Source: Casimicrobiaceae bacterium
Lineage (GTDB): Bacteria > Pseudomonadota > Gammaproteobacteria > Burkholderiales > Casimicrobiaceae
DNA: 44,465 bases
NCBI GenBank assembly: GCA_035607385.1
Contig: DATNAR010000258.1
Span: 1 to 44,465, forward strand
Direction of reading: 5' to 3'
Part shown: piece by piece, positions 1 to 9,170 of the stretch
Numbering within the stretch: the stretch's first letter is position 1
Layout of the letters: each line of letters begins with the position of its first letter
Notes under the pieces: model-generated
What the model saw: the letters and a program-made list of their open reading frames with translations, nothing else
Databases searched by the model: none
What the model was told of the DNA's origin: nothing
Made by a program: the position numbers and the translations under genes

Positions 1-1
1 C

Positions 2-439
2 GTGTGGTTCGGGCTGGGCATAGCGTCGAAAGTCGTGTTCGGCGTCACGCTGGTTTTCTTCATCGTCTTCTTCAACGTCTACCAGGGTGTCAAGGAAGTA
101 AGCCCGGTCGTGCTCGCCAACGCGCGCATGCTCGGCGCCTCCGGGCGCCAGCTGCTGCGCCACGTCTACCTGCCGTCGGCGACGAGCTGGGTGTTCTCCA
201 GCCTGCACACGTCGATCGGCCTCGCGTTCGTCGGCGCCGTCGTCGGCGAATACCTGGGCTCGGCGCGCGGCGTCGGCTACCTGATCCAGCAGGCCGAGGG
301 CGTGTTCGACATCGACACCGTGCTCGCGGGGATCCTGGTGCTGACGGTGTTCGCGCTGATACTGGACTTCATCGTGACGCGCATCGAAAGCCGCTTGCTG
401 GTGTGGCGGCCGGGGACCGCTGAGACCGAAAGACTGTAA
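2..439 (+). CDS. ABC transporter permease, C-terminal part (nitrate/sulfonate/taurine NitT/TauT type); 5' end lies outside the window
   Basis: The frame is open from the window edge to TAA at 437-439. It has hydrophobic helices and the stretch 'GASGRQLLRHVYLPSATSWVFSSLHTSIGLAFVGAVVGEYLGS', typical of SsuC/TauC-like permeases. Confidence 0.7.
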   Translation: MWFGLGIASKVVFGVTLVFFIVFFNVYQGVKEVSPVVLANARMLGASGRQLLRHVYLPSATSWVFSSLHTSIGLAFVGAVVGEYLGSARGVGYLIQQAEGVFDIDTVLAGILVLTVFALILDFIVTRIESRLLVWRPGTAETERL

Positions 440-547
440 TAAAGCCCCTTGTCCGCGTTTTTTGGGCGATTCGCGGGCCCATACTGACCGCCGCGAACCG
501 TCCGTCCTGGCGCTAGCGGCTTCCCACATCCACACGAGGTGCTGGCC

Positions 548-1009
548 ATGGTCACGCAGAAACGCAGGTTCCTGTCCGTCGCAGTCACAGCACTAGTCTC
601 GACGATCCTGATCGGAAGCGCGGCGGCGGTAACGCTCAGGAAACCCGCAGCAAACGCCGTGATCACGCAGAACGACCCGACGATCGGGTGTGCCCTCAAT
701 CCCACGTACGGCTATGGGTACAAGATCAGGTTTGGATGGAGCCCGACGACGGTGCCGAACTTCGGTCATTATCACCTGGTTGTTCAACACGGTTCATCGC
801 CGCCGGCAATCGACGAGGATCTACACCACCACAGGCTCAAGGACCTCGGGTGCGGCACGTTCGTCATCGACTCGAACCTTTCCGGCTGGCACTGGCAAGT
901 GACGACGTTCGACGGCAACGGCAACCTTGTGGAGACATCTGAGCTGAGGTCTTTCAGTTTTGCTCCGTGTCGTCTCTCGAGTGGGGCAGCATGCTTTGCC
1001 GGGCCCTGA
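548..1009 (+). CDS. Hypothetical small exported protein with a twin-arginine-like signal peptide
   Basis: ATG at 548 lies about 10 nt after GAGG (534-537). The N-terminus 'MVTQKRRFLSVAVTALVSTILIGSAAA' has an RRxFLS Tat-like motif plus a hydrophobic core. The mature part has several Cys and no family I recognise. Confidence 0.5.
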   Translation: MVTQKRRFLSVAVTALVSTILIGSAAAVTLRKPAANAVITQNDPTIGCALNPTYGYGYKIRFGWSPTTVPNFGHYHLVVQHGSSPPAIDEDLHHHRLKDLGCGTFVIDSNLSGWHWQVTTFDGNGNLVETSELRSFSFAPCRLSSGAACFAGP

Positions 1010-1021
1010 GCGCAGCACGAG

Positions 1022-1051
1022 TTGACCCAGCAGTCGAAAAAAGCGTAGAAT
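1022..1051 (+). promoter_or_regulatory. Sigma70-like promoter for the tRNA gene (TTGACC, 18-nt spacer, TAGAAT)
   Basis: TTGACC at 1022-1027 and TAGAAT at 1046-1051, with the -10 box ending 11 nt upstream of tRNA position 1 (1063). Confidence 0.55.
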
Positions 1052-1062
1052 TACCCTTCTGA

Positions 1063-1139
1063 CGCGGGGTGGAGCAGTCTGGCAGCTCGTCGGGCTCATA
1101 ACCCGAAGGTCACAGGTTCAAATCCTGTCCCCGCAACCA
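1063..1139 (+). tRNA. Initiator tRNA-Met (anticodon CAU), CCA encoded
   Basis: 77-nt cloverleaf CGCGGGG..CTCATAA..GGTTCAAATCC..CCCCGCAACCA. It shows the C1/A72 mismatch and three consecutive G:C pairs in the anticodon stem (GGG/CCC), which are hallmarks of bacterial tRNA-fMet. It is near-identical in layout to E. coli tRNA-fMet. Confidence 0.95.
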
Positions 1140-1790
1140 CCATTACAAGCAACCCGCTCCGACAGGAAGATCCGCTCGGAGCGGGTTTCTAATTCCGCAT
1201 AAATCTCGTTGCCTTCTGGCTGCAGGTGAATTTCGCCGAGCAGCTCACGCAGGATTTCGCGCGAGCGCCGGGGGTACCGATTCAGCGAACCGCGCAGATC
1301 GGTTACGGCGCGTCTGTAGCGGGCGATCAGGTCGCTTGTACCTGCCTCACTGTGGCCTCGTTGCCTGCGCTCGATCTGAGCGTTTCGCGTTCGCTTTCGG
1401 CATCGAGCAAGCGCTGGCGCAGTGCCGCCGACATTCCGGTGCTCGCGACCGCGTCGACCAGACGCTCGATTTCCCGGTCGAGGTCAGATATCGTGCATGC
1501 TGCGTCGGGGTGACGCGTGCGCTGTCTCGCGAGCGCGCGGCCAGCGCAGCCCGAATGCGGTCCTGCATCTGCACAATTGCTACGGGCGAAAGCAGTTGCT
1601 CCCGCACGACGGAGAGCACGCGCGTTTCGACAGTGATTCGGCTCAAGGCTGCGATCATTGCGCAAGCGGATGAGGGCGCTTGCTTCTTGGCGCCCGAACG
1701 GCGTACCCGGCCCGATGAGACGTCTGTAGACGGCCGAACAGCGTTCTCGAGCGCAGGGGCTTTCAGATGCCTAGGCGATGTCGGTTTTCT
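1118..1790 (-). pseudogene. Frameshifted, N-terminally truncated remnant of a large serine recombinase (C-terminal coiled-coil/tail region only)
   Basis: Three minus-strand frames read in succession: '..RITVETRVLSVVREQLLSPVAIVQMQDRIRAAL..', '..ISDLDREIERLVDAVASTGMSAALRQRLLDAESERETLRS..', '..DLIARYRRAVTDLRGSLNRYPRRSREILRELLGEIHLQPEGNEIYAELE..'. This matches the C-terminal architecture of 'recombinase family protein' large serine recombinases. At least two frame changes are needed (near 1330 and near 1500). No room is left for the catalytic N-terminal domain before the tkt stop at 1818. The last frame runs through the terminator and stops inside the tRNA (TGA, complement of 1118-1120). Confidence 0.5.
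1153..1190 (+). terminator. Rho-independent terminator after the tRNA
   Basis: Perfect 10-bp stem CCCGCTCCGA (1153-1162) / TCGGAGCGGG (1176-1185) followed by TTTCT. Confidence 0.7.
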
Positions 1791-1817
1791 TGAAATCCTC
1801 TCATGGGCAGGGCTCTT

Positions 1818-3878
1818 TCAACTCTTGCGCAGCGTCTCGAGGGCCAGCCTGCAAATGTTCTCGACCGTAAAGCCGTATTCTCGCAACAGGACGTCGCCCG
1901 GCGCCGAGGCGCCAAAACGGTCGACGCCGAGCACGGTGCCGTGGTCTCCGACGTAGCGATGCCAACCCAGCGGCGCGCCGGCTTCGACCGCTAGGCGCGC
2001 GCCGATCGAGGGTGGCAATACCGCGTCGCGATATTCCTTGGGCTGAGCGTCGAACAGCTCCCAGCTAGGCATCGAGATCACGCGCGCGCGGACCTCTTGC
2101 GCCGCCAGTTTCTGCGCTGCGGCAACAACGAGGCCGACCTCCGAACCGGTCGCGACCAGGATCAGTTCCGGCTTGCTATCCGGCGCGTCGGCCAACACGT
2201 ACGCGCCACGCCGCAGCCCGTCGGCGGCGGCAAAGTGGGTGCGGTCGAGCGTGGGCACATTCTGCCGCGTCAATATCAGCGCTACCGGTCGATCGCGCGT
2301 TTCCAGCGCGACGCGCCAGGCGACGGCTGTTTCGTTGGCGTCGGCGGGACGGATGACGATGAGGTTCGGAATGGCGCGCAGGCCGGCGAGCTGCTCGACC
2401 GGCTGATGCGTGGGCCCGTCCTCGCCCAAGGCAATACTGTCGTGGGTGAACACATAGACGACGTGCAGTCCCGCCAGCGCGGCGAGCCGCATCGGCGGCC
2501 GCATGTAGTCGGAAAAGATCAGAAATGTCGCGCCGAACGGCACGATGCCGCCATGCGCCGCCAGGCCGTTCATAATGGCGCCCATGGCGTGCTCGCGGAC
2601 GCCGAAGTGCAGATTGCGGCCGGAAGCACTCCAGCCGCCGCCGTCGGAGCCTTGTCGATCGCGGGCGCTCATGCCGGGTGCTTCGAAGTCCCCCAGTCCT
2701 TTCAGCGCGGTGTGAGTCGAGGGATCGAGGTCGGCCGAGCCGCCTATCAAGCCGGGCACGCGCGAAGCGATGGCATTCATCACCTTGCCGGAGGCGACGC
2801 GGGTCGCCATGCCTTTGGCGTCGGCGGGAAAGACCGGAATGTCGGCGCCCCACTCGGCCGGCATTCCGCCGTTAACGAGCTGCTCAAACTCCCGCGCAAG
2901 ATCGGGAAACGCTTTCGCGTACGCGGACATTCTTTCGTTCCAGGCCGCTTCCGCCTGCGCGCCGCGTTCGAGGGCCTGTCGAAAGTACGCCAACGCCCGG
3001 TCGGGAACGAGAAACGCCGGTTCTTCGGGCCAGCTGAGATTGCGCTTGGTCAAGCACACTTCCTCTTCGCCTAATGGCGAACCATGCGCTTCGAAGGTGT
3101 CCTGCTTGTTCGGCGAGCCGTAGCCGAGATGGGTGCGCACCAGGATCAGGGAGGGACGCGCGGTTTCCGCCTGGGCGGCGCGCAGCGCCTGGTCGATCGC
3201 GGCCAGGTCGTTGCCGTCGCCGACCCTTTGCACGTGCCATCCGTAAGCCTCGAAGCGTCGCCCGCGGTCCTCGGTGAAGGTGATACCGGTTCCCGCCGAA
3301 AGCGTGACGCAATTATCATCGTACAGATAGATCAGTTTGCCGAGCTGCAAATGCCCGGCCAGCGATGCCGCTTCCGACGCAACGCCCTCCATCAGGTCGC
3401 CGTCGCTCACGATCCCATACGTAAGATGATCGATGATCTCGAAGCCGGCGCGGTTGTAACGTGCGGCCAGCTCTGCCTCTGCTATCGCGAGGCCCACGCC
3501 ATTGCCGAAGCCTTGTCCGAGCGGCCCGGTGGTCACCTCCACACCAGGGGTGAGGCCGCGTTCGGGGTGTCCGGGCGTCATGCTGCCCCATTGGCGAAAC
3601 CGCTTTATCTCTTCGAGCGATAGAGGGTAGCCGGTGACGTAGAGCAGGCTGTATAGCAGCATCGACCCGTGTCCCGCAGAGAGGACGAAGCGATCACGGT
3701 CGAACCAGCGCGGATTGGCTGGATTGTGTTTGAGAAACCGGCTCCACAACACATGCGCCATCGGCGCGGCGCCCAAGGGCAATCCCGGGTGACCGCTGTC
3801 AGCCCTCTGCACCGCATCGACCGACAGGAAGCGCAGAGTATCGATGCAGGAAGCGTCTAGTGCGGAGGTACGGGGCAT
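1818..3878 (-). CDS. tkt: Transketolase
   Basis: 686 aa from the ATG at 3878 (the ORF is open to 3938). It carries '[30 protein letters not shown]', '[16 protein letters not shown]', 'SDGDLMEGV', '[28 protein letters not shown]', so full-length transketolase signatures are present. Confidence 0.93.
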   Translation of the reverse strand: MPRTSALDASCIDTLRFLSVDAVQRADSGHPGLPLGAAPMAHVLWSRFLKHNPANPRWFDRDRFVLSAGHGSMLLYSLLYVTGYPLSLEEIKRFRQWGSMTPGHPERGLTPGVEVTTGPLGQGFGNGVGLAIAEAELAARYNRAGFEIIDHLTYGIVSDGDLMEGVASEAASLAGHLQLGKLIYLYDDNCVTLSAGTGITFTEDRGRRFEAYGWHVQRVGDGNDLAAIDQALRAAQAETARPSLILVRTHLGYGSPNKQDTFEAHGSPLGEEEVCLTKRNLSWPEEPAFLVPDRALAYFRQALERGAQAEAAWNERMSAYAKAFPDLAREFEQLVNGGMPAEWGADIPVFPADAKGMATRVASGKVMNAIASRVPGLIGGSADLDPSTHTALKGLGDFEAPGMSARDRQGSDGGGWSASGRNLHFGVREHAMGAIMNGLAAHGGIVPFGATFLIFSDYMRPPMRLAALAGLHVVYVFTHDSIALGEDGPTHQPVEQLAGLRAIPNLIVIRPADANETAVAWRVALETRDRPVALILTRQNVPTLDRTHFAAADGLRRGAYVLADAPDSKPELILVATGSEVGLVVAAAQKLAAQEVRARVISMPSWELFDAQPKEYRDAVLPPSIGARLAVEAGAPLGWHRYVGDHGTVLGVDRFGASAPGDVLLREYGFTVENICRLALETLRKS

Positions 3879-4075
3879 CGCGCAGAACTTTGGCCGGTCT
3901 TTATTTTCCAATGACCGAGCGGCGCATGCTTGGTTCAATGTCGTAACCGCCGACTACCAGGACTTCGCGGGAACTTGAAGTTTTCCGGACGCGAGCGGTC
4001 GCCTAAACGCTGTGAGTGACTGCCCAGCAAATTTCAAAAACCGCGAGTGCCGATGCGGCCATTGTAGCTTTTACA

Positions 4076-4115
4076 GATCAACGATTCCCTACAGCGGCTA
4101 TCCGAGTTTCCCGGC
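4076..4115 (+). promoter_or_regulatory. Copy A of a tripartite 40-nt motif (GATCAACG-N4-CCTACAG-N13-TTCCCGGC), upstream of the GH94/PPP/cgs array
   Basis: It has the same box spacing as copies at 43983-44022 (+), 43849-43888 (-) and 31346-31385 (-). A TAGAAT hexamer follows at 4139-4144 and the first gene starts at 4223. Confidence 0.45.
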
Positions 4116-4222
4116 AGCTGACGGCTCCCTGAAGTCACTAGAATCATAGCTCCACAGCGGCTCATTGCGATGAGGGGCCCGTTCTCGCACTCGCATCCGC
4201 AGCCGTCTCGAGACCTACAACG

Positions 4223-7200
4223 ATGATTGCCAATATCCGAGAGGCGCCGGCACGCACATTCGGCACGAACACTCCCATACCTGAAGTGCAGTTGCTTTCG
4301 AACGGCAGATACCACGTCGTGATTACGAACGTGGGCGGCGGCTACAGCCGTTGGCAAGAGCTGGCGGTGACTCGCTGGCGCGACGATGCGACCTGCGATA
4401 GCTGGGGATTCTTTTGCTACGTCCGCGATGTCGTGACCGGGGAGTTCTGGTCCACGACCTATCAGCCGACGCTGGTGCGCGCGGAGCCTGACGAGGCGGT
4501 TTTCTCGCCGGGGCGCGCGACGTTCCGCCGTCGCGTCCACGACATCGAGACCCGTACCGAAGTCGTCGTTGCACCAGAAGACGATGTCGAGCTACGTCGA
4601 ATCCACGTTGCCAATCGGGCCTCGATACGCAGATCTCTCGATATTACGAGTTATGCGGAAATCGTACTCGCACATCCGGCGACGGACGCGGCACATCCGG
4701 CGTTCGCCAAGCTCTTTGTCGAGACCGAGGTGGTCCGCGAGCATCAGGCGATTCTGAGCACCCGCCGCCCGCGTGCCCCCGACGAGCCGACGGTTTGGAT
4801 GTTTCATCGGCTCGCCGCGTACCGGCCGGCGGGCGACGATGTCTCGTATGAAACGGACCGCCTGCGCTTCATCGGTCGCGGGCACTCGGCGGCGGATCCG
4901 CAAGCGATGCGCGATAGCGCTGCCTTGTCGGGAAGCGCGGGTCCCGTCCTCGACCCGGTGGCGGCGATCCGCACCCGGATCACGCTCGATGCGGGTGAAA
5001 CCGCGACCGTCGATCTGATCAGCGGCGTCGGCCAGTCGCGCGCGACGTGCATGGCCCTGATCGCGAAATGCCAGGAGCGCAACTACGTCCATCACGCTTT
5101 CGATGCGGCAGCGGACAAGGGCCGAGCGATCCTGACCAAGCTCGGTGTCGCCGAGCCCGACACGGAGCGCTTTGCGAGCGTCGCGAGCTCGGTCATCTAC
5201 GCCAACGCGTCGTTGCGCGCCGCCCCGGGCGTTATCGGCCGGAACCGCTTGGGCCAGTCCGGCCTGTGGGGCCACAAGATCTCCGGCGATTTGCCGATCG
5301 TTCTATTGCAGATTGCCGATCCGGCAAAGACGGAACTGCTGCGTCAGCTCGTCGCTGCCCACGCTTACTGGCGCTGGCACGGGCTGGCGGTGGACCTGGT
5401 AATTCTGGTCGAAGCGCGCAGCGGCAGCGAGGCGCCGCGGCGCGAGCAGGTCAGCAAGCTGATTGCCGCCGCCGACGGCGCCGGACGGCTCGATCAAGCG
5501 GGCGGCATATTCGTGCGAACCACCGACGAGATCGACGATGCCGATCGCATCCTGCTCGAGAGCGCAGCGCGCGTCGTGCTCAGCGAAGACGATGGTTCGC
5601 TGGCGCAGGCGCTCGAGCGGCGGCGCACCGCAGCGATCTCGATCCCGGCATTGGCGAGCGCGGGCAAACCTGTCTACGGGTCGCCGCAGGATGTCGAGTG
5701 GCCTCGGCGCGACTTGATCTTCAGCAACGGTCAGGGCGGTTTCGCTGCGGACGGCCGCGAGTACGTCATCACGTCGTCACGCTCACGGATGACGCCGGCA
5801 CCCTGGGTAAACGTCCTGGCCAATCCATCGTTCGGAACGCTGGTCTCGGAGAGCGGCAGCGCCAGTACCTGGAGCGAGAATGCGCACGAGTTCCGTCTCA
5901 CGCCGTGGTCGAACGACCCGGTCGGCGATGCCAACACCGAGGCGTATTACCTTCGCGACGAGGAGAGCCGCCGCGTCTGGTCGCCCACGCTGCTTCCGCG
6001 CGGCGGCGCAGGTCCATACGTCGCGCGGCACGGCTTCGGTTACAGCGTCTTCGAGCACAGCGAGGAGGGAATCGATTCCGAACTGTGCACTTATGTAGCG
6101 ATCGACGCGCCGGTCAAGTTTGCCGTCTTGCGGCTGTCCAATCGCTCGGGTCGCGCGCGCCGCCTGTCGGTCACCGGCTACCTCGAATGGGTGCTCGGTG
6201 ACGAGCGAGAGAAGACGATGATGCACATAGTCACCCAGCTCGATGACGACAGCGGCGCGCTGTTCGCGCGCAATCCCTATAGCGCCGACTTCGGCGGCAG
6301 CGTCGCGTTTTTCGAAGGCGGCGATGATCGGGAGCGGAGTTTCTGTGGCGATCGGACCGAGTTTCTCGGGCGCAACGGCACGCTCCGCGATCCCGCCGCC
6401 ATGGCGCGCTCGCGGCTTTCGGGCACGATCGGCGCAGCGCTAGATCCGTGCGCCGCCATCCAATTGCCGTGCGCATTGGGCGCTGGCAAGACGCGTGAGA
6501 TCGTCTTCCTGCTCGGCGCCGGCCGCAGCGTCGAGCAGGCCCGCGATCTGGTTCGACGCTGGCGAGGATCCGCCGCCGCGCACGATGCGCTGGAAGCGGT
6601 GCGGCGCTACTGGCGGCAAACGCTCGGCGCGGTGCAGGTCAAAACGCCGGACGCTGCCCTCGACATCCTGGCCAACGGCTGGCTGGTGTACCAGATTCTG
6701 GCCTGCCGGATGTGGGGACGCAACGCGTTCTACCAATCGAGCGGCGCGTTCGGATTCCGCGATCAGCTTCAGGACGCGATGGCCTTGATTCATGCTGAGC
6801 CGGAGCTGGTGCGCGAGCACCTGTTGCGCTGCGCATCGCGCCAATTCGCCGAAGGCGATGTCCAGCATTGGTGGCATCCGCCGTCCGGCCGCGGCGTGCG
6901 CACCCGTTGTTCGGACGATTACCTGTGGTTGCCATTCGCGACGTGCCGATACGCGCTGGCCACCGGCGACACCGGCGTACTCGATGAGACCGTCCCTTTC
7001 CTGGAGGGCCGCGCGCTCGCGGCGGGCGAGGACTCGTACTACGATCTGCCCAGGCAGTCGCCGGACGCGGCCGATCTCTACCAGCATTGTGTGCGCGCCA
7101 TCGAGCGCGGGCTCTCGTTCGGCGCGCATGGCTTGCCACTGATGGGCACCGGCGACTGGAACGACGGCATGAACCTGGTCGGCGCCGGCGGCAAGGGCGA

Positions 7201-8137
7201 GAGCGTCTGGCTCGGCTTCTTCCTTTGCTCGGTGCTGACCCAATTCGGCGAGCTGGCGCGGCGGCGCGATGACGTCTCGTTTGCGCAGCGTTGCGGCAGC
7301 GAAGCGGCTCGCTTGCGCGACAGCATCGAGCGGAGCGCCTGGGATGGTGCCTGGTATCGCCGCGCCTATTTCGACGACGGCTCGCCGCTGGGCTCAGCGC
7401 AAAACGCCGAGTGCCGGATCGATTCGATCGCGCAGAGCTGGTCGGTGCTGTCGGGCGCCGGCGAAGCGCAGCGCGCGCGCGCCGCCATGGACGCCGTGGA
7501 CCGCCGGCTCGTCGACCGGGAACACGCCCTGGTCCAGTTGCTGGCTCCGCCGTTCGACAAATTCGAACCCGATCCCGGTTACATCAAGGGATACCTGCGC
7601 GGTGTGCGCGAGAACGGCGGCCAGTATACCCATGCCGCGGTGTGGGCCGCGATGGCGTTCGCGGCGCTCGGCAACACCGACCGCGCGTGGGAATTGTTCA
7701 CCATGATCAATCCGATCAATCACGCGAAATCGGCGGATACGATCGAGCGCTACAAGACGGAGCCTTATGTCCTCGCGTCCGACGTCTACGCGCTGCCGCC
7801 GCACGCCGGCCGCGGCGGCTGGACCTGGTACACCGGTTCGGCCGGCTGGATGTACCGCTTCATCGTGGAATCGCTGCTGGGCTTGCGGCTCGATGTGGAC
7901 AAGCTGCACTTTGCACCCTGCCTGCCGGCGGACTGGACCTCGTTCAAGCTCGACTACCGGTATCGGCAGACGCTCTATCGCGTCAGCGTCCGGCAAATCA
8001 GCACCGCGGACGACGCGGTGCGAGTGACGCTGGATGGGGTCCGCCAGGTCGACCACGGTATTGCGCTGGCGGACGATCGCCTGGACCACGTCGTCGAAGT
8101 GATCATCCGTCGCGCACGCGATCAAGCGAGGAGATGA
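4223..8137 (+). CDS. Stand-alone GH94-family glycoside phosphorylase-like protein (candidate 1,2-beta-oligoglucan phosphorylase); paralog of the C-terminal half of the glucan synthase at 18921-27743
   Basis: 1304 aa. It is collinear with residues from about 1640 to the end of the 2940-aa ORF ('[22 protein letters not shown]' vs 'QLLSNGRLHVMVTAAGGGYSRW'). It carries '[10 protein letters not shown]', '[10 protein letters not shown]', '[11 protein letters not shown]', '[15 protein letters not shown]', as in cellobiose-phosphorylase-type enzymes. An in-frame TAG at 4139 means the ORF cannot extend upstream. Confidence 0.8.
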   Translation: MIANIREAPARTFGTNTPIPEVQLLSNGRYHVVITNVGGGYSRWQELAVTRWRDDATCDSWGFFCYVRDVVTGEFWSTTYQPTLVRAEPDEAVFSPGRATFRRRVHDIETRTEVVVAPEDDVELRRIHVANRASIRRSLDITSYAEIVLAHPATDAAHPAFAKLFVETEVVREHQAILSTRRPRAPDEPTVWMFHRLAAYRPAGDDVSYETDRLRFIGRGHSAADPQAMRDSAALSGSAGPVLDPVAAIRTRITLDAGETATVDLISGVGQSRATCMALIAKCQERNYVHHAFDAAADKGRAILTKLGVAEPDTERFASVASSVIYANASLRAAPGVIGRNRLGQSGLWGHKISGDLPIVLLQIADPAKTELLRQLVAAHAYWRWHGLAVDLVILVEARSGSEAPRREQVSKLIAAADGAGRLDQAGGIFVRTTDEIDDADRILLESAARVVLSEDDGSLAQALERRRTAAISIPALASAGKPVYGSPQDVEWPRRDLIFSNGQGGFAADGREYVITSSRSRMTPAPWVNVLANPSFGTLVSESGSASTWSENAHEFRLTPWSNDPVGDANTEAYYLRDEESRRVWSPTLLPRGGAGPYVARHGFGYSVFEHSEEGIDSELCTYVAIDAPVKFAVLRLSNRSGRARRLSVTGYLEWVLGDEREKTMMHIVTQLDDDSGALFARNPYSADFGGSVAFFEGGDDRERSFCGDRTEFLGRNGTLRDPAAMARSRLSGTIGAALDPCAAIQLPCALGAGKTREIVFLLGAGRSVEQARDLVRRWRGSAAAHDALEAVRRYWRQTLGAVQVKTPDAALDILANGWLVYQILACRMWGRNAFYQSSGAFGFRDQLQDAMALIHAEPELVREHLLRCASRQFAEGDVQHWWHPPSGRGVRTRCSDDYLWLPFATCRYALATGDTGVLDETVPFLEGRALAAGEDSYYDLPRQSPDAADLYQHCVRAIERGLSFGAHGLPLMGTGDWNDGMNLVGAGGKGESVWLGFFLCSVLTQFGELARRRDDVSFAQRCGSEAARLRDSIERSAWDGAWYRRAYFDDGSPLGSAQNAECRIDSIAQSWSVLSGAGEAQRARAAMDAVDRRLVDREHALVQLLAPPFDKFEPDPGYIKGYLRGVRENGGQYTHAAVWAAMAFAALGNTDRAWELFTMINPINHAKSADTIERYKTEPYVLASDVYALPPHAGRGGWTWYTGSAGWMYRFIVESLLGLRLDVDKLHFAPCLPADWTSFKLDYRYRQTLYRVSVRQISTADDAVRVTLDGVRQVDHGIALADDRLDHVVEVIIRRARDQARR

Positions 8138-8139
8138 AA

Positions 8140-9168
8140 ATGCAGCTCGGCATGATCGGATTGGGACGCATGGGATCCAATATGGTCCGTCGCCTGACCC
8201 GGGGAGGCCACGGATGCGTGGTCTACGACACCAGCGCCAATGCCGTCGCGGAGGTGGCGCAGCACGGCGTCGTCGGGACGGCATCGCTCGAGGCTCTGGT
8301 CGCGGGCTTGGCCAAGCCGCGCGCCGTGTGGCTGATGGTGCCGGCGGCGGCAGTCGATCAGGCGCTGGCGCAGCTAACCCGGTTGCTCGAGGCCGGCGAC
8401 ATCGTCATCGATGGCGGCAACTCCTACTACCGCGACGATATCCGGCGCGCTGCCGAGCTGAAGGCAGAAAAGATTCACTACGTGGACATCGGCACCAGCG
8501 GTGGCGTGGCGGGGCTCGAGCGAGGCTACTGCCTGATGATCGGCGGCGAAAGAAGGATCGTCGAGCATCTGGCACCGATCCTGACGACGCTCGCCCCGGG
8601 TCGCGACGCCGCGCCGCGCACGCTCGGGCGCACGAAGCGGGACAGCACCGCCGAGCAGGGCTTCCTGCATTGCGGGCCGCACGGCGCCGGCCACTTCGTC
8701 AAGATGGTCCACAACGGCATCGAATACGGATTGATGGCCGCGTACGCCGAGGGACTGAACATCCTGCGCAATGCCGAGGCCGGCAAGCGCGCGGGCACCT
8801 CCGATGCGGAGACGGCGCCGCTGCGCGACCCGCAGTACTACCAGTATGAGTTCGACCTGCCTGACATCGCCGAGGTGTGGCGCCGGGGCAGCGTGATCGG
8901 CTCGTGGCTGCTCGATCTCACCGCCAGCGCGCTCGCCGCCGATCCGGGTCTTGCGAACTATAGCGGGCGCGTCTCCGATTCCGGTGAAGGGCGATGGACG
9001 ATTGCGGCTGCGATCGACGAAGCCGTGCCCGCCCCGATTCTGAGCGCCGCGCTGTATGAACGCTTCAGCTCGCGCAAAGACGCGGATTTCGCCAACAAAA
9101 TATTGTCGGCCATGCGGCATGAGTTCGGCGGCCACGTTGAAAAGCCCGCCAAGCAAGCGAAGGCCTGA
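8140..9168 (+). CDS. gnd: 6-phosphogluconate dehydrogenase (decarboxylating), short Gnd-like form
   Basis: '[19 protein letters not shown]' Rossmann N-terminus, plus 'GGNSYYRDD', '[19 protein letters not shown]', '[24 protein letters not shown]'. GGAG lies 6 nt before the ATG at 8140. An alternative ATG at 8134 overlaps the upstream stop (ATGA). Confidence 0.88.
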   Translation: MQLGMIGLGRMGSNMVRRLTRGGHGCVVYDTSANAVAEVAQHGVVGTASLEALVAGLAKPRAVWLMVPAAAVDQALAQLTRLLEAGDIVIDGGNSYYRDDIRRAAELKAEKIHYVDIGTSGGVAGLERGYCLMIGGERRIVEHLAPILTTLAPGRDAAPRTLGRTKRDSTAEQGFLHCGPHGAGHFVKMVHNGIEYGLMAAYAEGLNILRNAEAGKRAGTSDAETAPLRDPQYYQYEFDLPDIAEVWRRGSVIGSWLLDLTASALAADPGLANYSGRVSDSGEGRWTIAAAIDEAVPAPILSAALYERFSSRKDADFANKILSAMRHEFGGHVEKPAKQAKA

Positions 9169-9170
9169 AG

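Noticed and set aside
1336-1956. 206-aa plus-strand ORF
   Set aside because: It is antisense to the recombinase remnant and runs into the tkt 3' end. It has no recognisable protein features.
5047-6201. 384-aa alternative-frame ORF inside the GH94 gene
   Set aside because: It is Arg-rich and has no signature. It is embedded in a gene whose frame is confirmed by paralogy to the synthase.
7291-8133. N-terminal 280-codon extension of the gnd reading frame (ORF listed as 7291-9168)
   Set aside because: It overlaps the GH94 gene in another frame, and its sequence is Arg/Pro-rich nonsense. The Rossmann N-terminus with an RBS begins at 8134/8140.
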